A stretch of DNA of 64,000 nt from Raillietiella orientalis. Taxonomy: Eukaryota. Within the stretch, counting starts at the first letter, position 1; each line of letters opens with the position of its first letter. The notes below the pieces were generated by a model, which was given only the letters and a program-made list of their open reading frames with translations, was not told where the DNA came from and searched no databases. The stretch spans positions 248,001 to 312,000 of the forward strand of contig JAYWIR010000037.1 in the NCBI GenBank assembly GCA_036172245.1, given 5' to 3'. Of this stretch, positions 1 through 11,600 are shown one piece after another. The translations under genes were made by a program, and so were the position numbers.

Positions 1-2749
1 CACACAAAAAGAGCAACAGTCACTAGCATATTATATGCAATTCTGCACACATTTAATGATTTCAAGAAAATTCCATTCATACAGTGTGTGAGGCGGTTGA
101 GAAAACATTTTGTCATGTGTAGAGCTCAAAACTATTCTTGCTAAGAAAGATCATGGAAAAAAAGGAAAATAAATGCTGTTTCAATTAGAAATAAAACACA
201 ATCCTGCAAATAGTGAATACAACTTTACTGATTTTGTGGTTCTTGCAGCGGACTACATTCATATATCGAACATCACCAGAATCTTCTCCTTGCCGCACTT
301 TTTAATCCAATTATATTTTTGACAAGCACGGAACATACAGTCCATCCTGCGAGCCATCTTATATTCTAATGAGCTATTAGAAACTCCCATACTTTCATAT
401 ATCTGCCAACATTTTCGCTTGATTTCAGTCTTATTATCTGTATATTCTGGACTTTATTTGATGTCCTGCATTTTTTCCCTTCCTATAAGAGTATATAAGA
501 CAGAGAAATCTTGGGAATAAAAGTTCATGATTTCAGAAATTTATGTCTTGGGTCTATAAAATTCTATCTGAAGTGGGAGGGGTGGAAGTAAAATGGCTCT
601 TCCCTTCTGCTTGTTACTCTTGTCAGTCGTTCTTTGTGACAAAGAACCGGAAATAAGGACTCAAGTATTTTACAATATCCTTGTAAAATACCGAAAACAC
701 ACAGTCAATTGAGACAATAGCATAATCGATAAGAGTGTTTGGAACTAACAGCTTGTACGGATAATCAAGAAAATTCCCTTAGAGCTACTTTGTCTTCATA
801 CTATTCATGCAAATGCATCTACTGGGCTGTAATAAAGATACAATTGTGCAGAAAAAAAGTATCGAGAGGATACCCTTAAGACACCCTGAAGCACGAATTT
901 CTTGCCTACTAGCGTGTCGCCTGTTTTCTAGGGTCTACAGTGGTACTGAAGCACACACAAAAAGAAACTAAAATAAACAGAAAAAAATTAAAAATTCAAC
1001 AGGGAGGTTGTTCATTGGAGATTCTTATGTCTCGTTTGGAAACGCCTTGAAGTTGCCCCACTTCGCCCTGAGTACACCTTCAAGGAACCGCTGCTTCACG
1101 CGTGACGGGTTTTCACCTGCGATCCGGATGCTACACTGTTTCAGGAGGATCATGGCATCTCAATACACAAAGGAAGCGCGTCAGCAAGAACTGATGGCCA
1201 TGTTTTGCCTGAGTGGAGACGAGCGCATGGAGATGGAATATTCTAGAAGAACGAGAGAAGGAGTATGCCTCCTGCATCTTACGTAGGTTGCAGAAGTCGC
1301 AGAGACTTTAACCCATGGCTTCTTTCCTTGCGTCCCTCCCTTTTTTTTTTTTGTTGCCCTCCCCTGTCCCTTTGGGTAGCCAACTTGAGAGTCTGTGGTT
1401 TTTTCCCACTTCACGAAGCCGGAAATTCTCGTAGGACCTAATATCCTACTTGGTTGATTAATTTTCTCTGGGAAATAAAGGATTTCTGTCATCAGATGAC
1501 TATGGTGGCGGCACGTGTTATTTTGGTAAACCCAATGTAAAAGAGTGCTGCAATTCCTTGGCACCTCAAGAGATCATCGCACTATCAATGCATGCTGGAG
1601 AGGTCACTAAATCTTCGGAAGGTATTCATAGAAGCTACTCAATGTTGTACTTGGGAATGAGCTCCTGAGGTTTCACACTCGGCAAACTCTTGAGAAGACC
1701 AACTGCCACTTATTCCTGGAGTAAGTTGGGTTGTGAAGCAGTAAAATATATATACATAGACGACATGATGGCACGTGGATTATCAAGAATTTGCCTTAAG
1801 GATAAGTAGACATGTTCTTAACCTTATTCACAATCCACATGGTCAGTATCTTAAGTATACCAAATATTAAAGTTTTCAAATTACCAACTTGAAACACCGA
1901 TAAACTCGCAAATAACTGTATCTATCTAAAAAGAGAGTACCATTGCTATAACGCAGTATTTCACAATGGGCGATATCGATGGCTTAAGCAGTTCCAGTAT
2001 CAGGAAAATAAAGGAAATACATTAGGCAGAGCACACAAATGAGAAAGAACACCGCATATGACTTAACCAATGTAGTAGAAAAGAATTCTCGCTAGTAATA
2101 TCTTTTCTGTAAGCTATATGTTGATGTAATGCGTCATGAGCTGCAGATATGTTATTTGCAAATGGATCTTGGAAAGACAGTGAATAAAGATTCACTGTCG
2201 TCTTTCCAAGATTGGTGGATGTAATGGGTATGTTTATATCATTTCTTTTGTTTTCCTTCTTTTCAAGTGAAATTCTCAACAGTTTCACCCCTCCCCCCAA
2301 AAAATCCACATCTTGAAAGCACTCTCATTTCGTAGGAAGAAAATTAAAAAACACATATAAGAGTGTTTCAGATGCTTGCTAATGATTAAATGATAGGGAT
2401 GATAACCTATATCTGTAGTGAACTGAGGAAATAGAAAAATTGAAAGAGTATGATATCTATCTATTATTCGGAAGTATTTGTTAAACTTTTGCAGACTGTT
2501 TTCGGCTAAGAACCAAATCCTTCACAAGTTCGTTCACAGAAATGCACCAACTGCAAAATATACCGCATAACTGCATATTATTTTAGTTTTCTCCAAATAG
2601 GAAACGAAATTTTCTTTGAAAACTATAAGCAATCAAGGGTGATTATGACAATTCATCACATAAATTCTACATTCTCATTACAAACAGCAAAATGTCACTT
2701 TTTCTGGAGAACGCCTGATTACTACCAAACCAAGATCAGAGTCCATTAA

Positions 2750-3289
2750 ATGGCACAAATTAGTGGAAGTAAATACCTAAATTCATCACGAAATGTAACT
2801 TACTCCCTATATTGTAAAGGAAACGAGATTAACAAATTTAATGAATACAAATCTCAAAATCATGTAAAAATTAATATCATAAATAATGTTTGTCGGGGCA
2901 TGGCTGGTAGAATATTCTCTTCAATCCTTTAGCTGTTGGTTGGGAATCTAAAGTGAGTTTCTGAGAGCAGTTTTTTCCATATCAGCTGTTGATAGATAAA
3001 TATGATGCGAAACATTGCTGGAGGTACAAACGGATTACCTTTAATCGGAACTTGTACAAATACAGCTATTCTGTATAAGACTGAAGGACACTCAAGTGTA
3101 TCAGAATACTTAACGTTTTGCATAGTTCTTATTCGTTTGCACAGTCGCTGTTAAAAGATTCGTTAGATATTCGTGCGTGCAGCATCGTGGATGTAGTTAA
3201 CATGGAGGCCATTTTAGCAAGGAGAGTAAACAGCTAACTCTTTAAGAAAAGATATAAGAAGTCAGTCCCAACAGCTTGAAGAACTATAA
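2750..3289 (+). CDS. Candidate 86-aa micro-exon gene of unknown function
   Basis: Seven exons (2750-2768, 2820-2863, 2911-2952, 2996-3023, 3066-3097, 3145-3225, 3275-3289) joined by GT-AG introns of 42-51 bp give an open frame ending ...VVNMEAILARRLEEL*. No homolog recognised. Confidence 0.35.
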
Positions 3290-3587
3290 TTTGAGACTAC
3301 TGTCGTACGGGATGAGAAATTTCTAAACAAAATGTAGAGAACTAGTCAGTTATTATGAGCAATCACGGGACGTGATTCATACTGCAGAAAACAACATGCT
3401 TGCATATGTACACAAAGCAAAAGCTGGAAACATCACGCACAGTTGCACAATCAGAAAGTGTAGCCAGTTGGTGCTTGGTTCCTGGGCACCTATATTTGCA
3501 GGACGAAGTGCACAAGAGGATATTCTAGCAAAACCTTTTCGTCTATTTTTGAGGGATAGCCAAACATCTATGTTTGTTTCTTCGCAG

Positions 3588-3607
3588 CGTGACTGTTAAC
3601 AGTCACG
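3588..3607. repeat. Perfect 20-bp palindrome
   Basis: CGTGACTGTT|AACAGTCACG. Confidence 0.9.
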
Positions 3608-5634
3608 ATTGATAATTTCTGATAGCACGGAGAGTGTTTCTCTAGGACTTTCTCCTTGCAAGGAACATCTCGTATTCCTCTAGGTGGCAACGGAATCTGG
3701 GTACTTTCAGTCGTGTTGCGGACAATCACCGGAGTGTAAAGAGTACTGCATATTTGATGCTCCATATTCTATTTGTCAGTTTTTCTGCGAAATTTCTGTA
3801 CTCACATATTGTGAGTTTTCCACGTTTACCTATCTGTTTCTTAACGCACTTGCTGATCATATATGAAAAAAAAAAAGTTTCAAGATGCTTACTCTAACAT
3901 GTGAAGAGACGTGAAACTGTTGTTACACAAAACTTTTTCAATGTGTATGAATGTATTTGAATTGGTAGATCAGGGAATGGGTTTTAATTTGACCTTTTTT
4001 TTTTTTTAATGTGTATTCCTTACCTGGGAAACTCTTCATACCACAGAGTCAAACTGGAAATACTTTCCAAATGCTTGACAAAAGTTACTTAGCAAAGGAA
4101 AACTTCAAGAGACCTGGTAACTACTGTTGCAGGGTCCTGCCATTTAATGTCATTAGCATACAACACACTTCAGCAAATGGTAGCAACCAACTAGTCCTGC
4201 ACCCTCACGTGTTCGAACTTGGATTTATCGATATCATCAAAGCTTTTGATGGGCATGTAAGCAATCGAATTGGTTACTATTTTCATTCTGTTGTTTGAGC
4301 TCTATTGACGAAAAATGCTGAGTGCCGGGTTAAAAAGAATTATTTGTACCAGCGTCCAGGGCATTGTACGGAAAACCTGGGTCACTTGGGAAGAGTATTC
4401 TCAGTTTACCTGGTCGAACTAAGAATGGATCACTGTGAAAAGTTTATATTCACATGCATTTGCTTTTGTTTTTTGGACTCCACTGTGGTCAGAAATCAAT
4501 TTTACGGAATTTTATCATGTCGATAAAAGCAAAGGAACGGAGCGCATAAGTCCCGCAAAACGAATCCAAAATCTCGTAAACGGCACTGCTCCACAGCAAT
4601 CCGCCTGTTTGCTCTAGAGTTTCCTCGAAAAATGAAGCACGGGAGCCGTCAGCAATTAGGAAGTTTGACTGCATTTCCGTGAAGGATCAAGTCGAGACAT
4701 TTGACAACTCTTACGGAAATATCAGTTAAAACGAAAAAGTTGTATTTGTATTTCACATCACTTGAGATTGCTATATTTGAAATTTCCTTGAGTTGATGAT
4801 CACTAACCCTAGTCATTGCACTCTGAGAAACCTCGAGATGAATTCAAAAGTTTGGTAGGAAAGGCCAAAGGGTACTTCGGAAAAAGATGAAAACCTTGCA
4901 GAGAATAAAAGAACCATAGCCTTTTTTTTCCTCTACGACACTATGGAGTATCAAAAACAGAATCGTAATATATACACAAAACACGGCAGCATATTCTGCC
5001 AAGAATCCTAAAAAGTTCTTTTGAAGAAAAATAGACCATTTCGAAAAAGAAAGAAAAAAAAAGGGAGTCCGGCGAAAAGAAATGTATTGTGACTGCGGAG
5101 TATTTTCTTCCGCATGCCGCTATTCCAGCAGTGTTCCAAACAAGCAAGAGACTTGAAGTCTTAAACAGGGAATCCACTTATTCCTCAAAGTCGGACATCG
5201 AAACTATCACCAGTAACAGTCCACAAGTAATCACATACAAATCTAAAGTTCAAGTTGGTTTGCTTACATAAGGTGCATGTTTCAAGTCAAGTAAGGGAAC
5301 CATAGTGACACATCATTTGTCTTTGTGTGACTGCTGCACACATTATGACAAGGCATTCATGTTTTTCCTGTACTTCTGTGATGACTCCTTCTCCTTGGAA
5401 AGGCACAAAGCAGTACAAAACAAAAGGAAGCTGCTGCTTTGCCTGTGCATGGCTTGAGAGCCATGCAGTTTCTTTAGAATACATAGTTTGTTGGTTTAAT
5501 TATACATCATGATTGAACAAGATGCAGGACGTTATCGCGAGATTTGGCGATCACTGTGGTTATCATCACTTTTTCAGTAATGAAACAAGAATCTATAAGA
5601 ACAATTTCATATTTGCATGTTTGTACTTAAAATA

Positions 5635-8600
5635 TTAGCTGATGTCAAGAAGTTTTTGTCTCAAAGATTTCAATCTGATTAAAAAGAAGGCTTCCAATAC
5701 ATCAGCTGATCGGGACATCTTTGAATTTGTTGAATTGTAGTATCGGCAGTTATCGAAAATTTTTGTCATATCACTGACAAATTCACTCAGTGATTTGTAC
5801 TTTTTCCTATTGATACGGTTTTCAACAGTTTCTAGATCTGAAAGCACATTTGGTAACCTCAACTCTAATCACACATATTATACCCATTGGTTCCTTGATA
5901 ACTTGATAATAACGTGGTTCTGTTTTTGGATCTACTGGCATAATAAAAGGAGATGCACTACGGTGAGCCTAAGTTTAGTTAAATAACCAAGCTGGAACAT
6001 GGAATGGAATTCAAACACTGCTTACCTTTATTAGTTCAAAAGTTTGTTTAACCACAGGCCAGTCTTTGGAATTCAACAATTTCAAATTGGCTTTATTGAT
6101 TGGGGTGTCTTTGGAACATCGTGGGCAAAGATATTCCTCAATTTCATTGGCTTCACTTTGTAAAATCCCCACACAACGTCCATGAAACCAATCTTGACAT
6201 CTGTCACAACAAATGTAAAACCTTAGGGAAACAAAATACAATATTGTTGCTACTTAATTATGCTCAGTTTTACATTGTGTCATCATACGGGGTATTACAA
6301 AGACAGTATGTTTCTTGTTTGTTTTTACATTCTGCACAAATATATTCAGCCATTTTTTTACTCATTGCTTCAGTGACTCCAACACAATCACCATGAAACC
6401 AATTATTACATGAATCACATCCGACATAAAAACGTGTCTCATCAAATGGTGTTTTGCAAATACAATAAAGTTTCACTTTTTTTCGCTTTGTTTCAGAACT
6501 ATTGGTTTTTTCATTATTGACACTATGCACGTAGTCAGTTTCATTCTGTAACACCGGCTTCGACTTAACATTCTCTGGACTCTCCTTGATTTTCTCTGAA
6601 CCTTTTGATTTCTTAGGGACTGAAATTTGCTCATCAAGTTTTTTTTGAGATTTCGGTTTTGAAAGTTTCGTTATGAAATCAATTTCTTTCTATTTTTTAA
6701 CATAAAAGCAAGTAAACAGATTATACGATATCTTACTCTGATCTCTTCTTCAATTGATGCTTCCATAATATGCCGTTTTTTCATAATTTCTCTTTTCAAA
6801 TGCTCTTTATGATGCATGAGTATTGTTTGCATTTTATCCATCACTTCGGTTTTCCTTTCTGAATGCATTCTACTACAAAGACATTAAACTTTACGCTTTT
6901 GAATAGGCAAACCTTGGCTCTTTTTTAAACATCTTTTTAACCGGCTCTTCTGATGGTCTCTTTTGTTTTTTTTGAATTTCAATAAGCTTGTGCTCAACAT
7001 CTGGAGAAAGATTTCCTGTTCTAAGAGCTTGTTTTATAGCTGAAAGACAATTATGCAATGAAACTATTTTCACTTTGCATACTTTCTTACTTTGGGATAC
7101 ATAATCTGCTGTAACTATAAACTTTTCCTCAGAATTATCAACTTTGTTTTCTAATGTTTGTTTTGAAATTTTTCTAGAGTCTCTTCTGCCAGGTTCCTTT
7201 TTGATCACTGTCCCTAGCATGCAAGAAATAATATAAAAGCACGAAATCTACAATCACAAACCTTTATTATTATTGGTGAAGAGCTTAATATTTGCTTGCA
7301 ATGCAGTCAACTGTTCTGGTGTTAACGAGTTCAAATCTGCTCCTTGTAACACCACTCTTGTTCCAGCTAGTGACTGCACTATATGAACAACTGGTTCAGC
7401 ACCATTTGATTCCTATAGCGAAAAGATTCTTAACTTTACATCCAATTCTTCACAATACCTTTGGTGGTAAACGAACGGACATCATCTTAGTTTTCTCGTT
7501 ACTGCTAGCTATGTTTGTATCTTTTACATGGGAATTTAAAATTTGCAAACGCCCATCAGGAAGCTGTTTCACTTGCTGTCCTGGCTGCAAACCTCGAATG
7601 ATTATTTTTCCATCTTCACATTTACTGATAACAATCTGGTTCATTCCTGAACTGTCATTTTTCTCTTGAATGTGATTAATAACGATTTTCTTATTTGCTG
7701 GTAAATTAGCCAACGAAGGAATAATTATCTGTTCTGGATATGGCTTCGGCTCAGGATTCTTTTGTGTCACTTTGGGAATTATTACTCTCCTGCCATCACT
7801 TAATGTAAGCATTTGATAAGTTGCAGGTGTTTGACCTTGATGTGTACTTTGCAGAACTGCTAACTAGAACTTAATATTGCGATTACTTAAATACACATAT
7901 CTACCTGATTTCACAACCTCGGCATTACTATAATTGGGTGTCAAGGTATACTTTTTGAAAGTTTTTCCATCTGGTGTTACTTCTGTGCTTACTAAAATCG
8001 TACATTACTCATTCAACATAAGCTTAGGATTAAATAATACCAGTTGTTTTTAGATTATCACTTATTGATGACTCCAAAATTTTTCTGTTAGAAACAAATC
8101 CTTTCGAACTTTTCGTATCTTCATTAGAAAGTGCATCTGTTTTAACTTCCTGATTCTTTTCTGCATTTGGCAGTGCCGCTCGTGTACGTGTTAAATATGA
8201 AAGTGAAGATCGGTTTCTAGAAAACCAATAATGCCCGAAAGAAGGTGTTTATAACTAACCTTTCACTAAACTGACGTATTTCCCAAAGTTCCAGCTGTTC
8301 TTCATCAACCCACTCTTCTACTACTTGTGGAGTGGCATTTTCATGTGATTCGAGATAGCGACGTTTCCTCAAGCCTGTCCGAAAAGATGGAGTGGATTCT
8401 GTAAAGCAAAATTTTGTTACCACTTATTTCTAAATTATTCATTATACCAACCTCGAACCTGCTTTGGTACATCAAGAGGAATGTGAACTTTTCTGACTAG
8501 GTACTTGGTTACTTCATTGAAACGTCCTTCCATTGAACTCTTCAAGATTTCACTTGTAATGAGTTCTGTTTCAGTAGTAATCTGTTTCTTAGCGTCAGTC

Positions 8601-11600
8601 AATGGAGCCCGTGTCTACATTATTACTGTAACATGTAAATATCGTCAAATAAAGGAACTTTACCAATAGATCATCCCAACGTATCACAGACCAAAGAACA
8701 CGCAACTGCAATGCAATACCAGGAATGGATAGCACTTGTGTGGTTCGAAACAACCATGAAGTCTTGAAAATAGGACGACCACAAGGATATGGCCAAACTT
8801 GAGAATTACCCTAAAAACTTGAAGATATTTCAACATACCACAAGGATAGAATTACCTTAATAGTGTAATTGAACCCAACTGGCAACACCATACCAGACCT
8901 CCTCGCCAAATGCTGGAGTTCATGTTGTGCTAAAATCAAAATACTGGACTTTTTCCCAATACGTGTGCGAAATATAGAATTTTGGGGATATTTGACAAGT
9001 TTTTTTTTTGATATGGCATTATAATTTTTTGTTTTTCTTAAGAACACTTTTTCTCTTGTGGAGGTTTCTGTTTCCGTCGACTGATCATTTAAATTAGGGG
9101 TTTCTTCAGTAGACGATCGACTATTCAAATTTTTTTTCAATTGTTCAATAAATCCTCTCACTTCTTTTTGTCTCTGCTTTAGAAAGACCATCTCCCTACA
9201 AGAAGGTGAGTAACACTGATCTTTTTGACAATCACGATTATAGCAACTCAAAGAACACATGTGTTCCAATAATGAAACCATCTTGTTTAAAGCAAGTATC
9301 TTATTGGCTACCATCATGTGATCCTGTTGTGCTGTCAAAAAAAGATCAGCCACAAATGGATCTGAAGTAACTATTTTTACTTCATTTGACTTCTGATCTA
9401 ATATGCACTCTTCAGGAATGTGACTGTTATCAAAAAACTCTTTCTTATCATCCTTAACATCATTTAAAGGTGATCCTTGACATGGCTTGATAGATTTTTC
9501 TTCTTCCATAACAAGTCTGTGCTGCAGAAGATCATCTAATTTGCAAGGAAAGGCTATTTTGGGGTATACACAACGGGGATGGATGGTCAGTCCACTGGAC
9601 ACATCAACTAAAGCTAATTCTTCTTTACTTGGAACTATTGGAATTATCTCAGTCTTTTCTCGCATTCTTGCATCTCCTTTTTCATCAATTCGTTTGGTTT
9701 CTTTCGGTAATTCATCTCCTTGATTGTCTGCATTCTCATTTTCTAAGTAAAAAATTTTATCACAGGTTTCATCATATGACCAACAAGTGGGATCAACTTC
9801 AAATAATTTCAAATTACCATCTTCAGCTGAAAAAAAAAAAAAAAAAATCTTCAAATCGTCATAACAGACTTACTTTTAATATATGCTTGAATTTTTTGAG
9901 GGCCAGCTTTCAGACCTCTTTTCCTAGCATCAGCATATCTAGTTAATCTTGTACATGACACCCACCTCCAACCCCACTGACCATGTATACGATATTCTTC
10001 TCCCTTTAATTTCCAGAGCTAGAATTTAAAAAAGCAATGAGACACACATTAAACACAATATCATTAAGGAATGTCATGGAACAGTATTTAAATCCAGATA
10101 CAACTCTGAATAAAAAAGCTTTTTAGCCATTTCACTCTCCTAAAGAGCCTATTGTTCAACAGAGTATTGAAATAAATGAATCTGCTGCTGCAATGTGTAC
10201 CACTGTCCTGATAGAACAAAACAGTTCCAAGACTCTAATGACGGATGGTAGACATTAAACTGCATGCAAAAAATTAAGCATATCACACAGTCTTGCGAAA
10301 TTGATTTCTGAACCACTGATACTTATGAACAAGCAAGTAGCACTGAAATCTGTTCATATATCTTTGAATGACTTTATGTACGTTTTCTGACAAATTGAAA
10401 ATGAATCAAGCAAAACCATCACACTCTTTTATTACATATATTAAATCAGAGTTTTCAACTGCACGGTAATAGGGAACAATGAATTTGAAGCATAATTAAC
10501 CTGACTTGAGTTTGAAATATCCAAAATATTTTCAGGAAACTTCAACAACTGAACACATATTAAACCCGATGTTGCAAGTTTTATGGAAATCAATTGTGGG
10601 ACAACAAAAACTACTAACAGACACCAAGCTTTTAATCTTCCAACATTTTCTAATCAACCAGCAGCATGAGCACTGAATTCTGCTAACCAAGAATTAAGTA
10701 GCATTTGTAGTTTTAGGTGACTTCAAAAAAAAATGTTTTAATCTTCTCAAATACTCACAGCTATGTTAATCAATCATTAATGGTTATCTAAAACACCTCA
10801 CTAAAAACTCAAGTTTGTATCTGGACATGACAGCATCACTTTTTTGATGTCACACCACATACTATTACACAAATTAAGTAATCGATTTGACAGTTACTAA
10901 GATATATATATACCTTTCTATTGTAAAAATAGTTAAGTTTTACGGTCATTTATATTTAGGTGCTACATATTTTGTTATTTTAATGCAATCAAGACAAATA
11001 AGCTATTATTTGCACTTTGAGCGTTTCTTTCCATTTCATGAAAATACATTCTTATTTCAGGATTCAAATGTGACAAAAAGAATCAAGTAAGGTTAACGCT
11101 TACATAACACCGACTTCTTTAATATTTTAAAAATAAACATAAGACTAGAACATGGCTGAAAAAAGAAAATGAATATAAAAATAACTAACCAAGCCAAATA
11201 CTCAAAAGATAAAACTCAAAATCTTTACCTAACTCACACCACTACCTCACATGAAACAGTCGCTATAACCCACCCATAAACTTTTAAAAACCAACATTAA
11301 TTTAAAATTAAAATTTTACAATACTAACAAGCCAAATAAATCCATAACTAAACACTACTACAACATGAAATTTTTCTAATCCATTAACATTCCCTTTATC
11401 CTATATTCCACTCAATTCCATTACCCATTAAATTAACCCATTCCCTAGCACTTAAGTTAACACTACATAAACATTAAAAAATTTTCTATAAATCACCCAC
11501 CAAACAAACCATCTTGTAACTCCACCCTAACCAACCCATACTAAACCTCTTCCCCATTAACAATCACTTCCAAATTACATAACACTACATTTTAAAATTA

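Noticed and set aside
4489..4674. TGGLLWSSAV resembling the METTL21-family motif
   Set aside because: No following SAM-binding LELGxG motif was found in any nearby exon.
6870..6894. Apparent 25-bp BPTF intron
   Set aside because: A same-phase donor at 6912 gives a 43-bp intron that fits the local size mode better.
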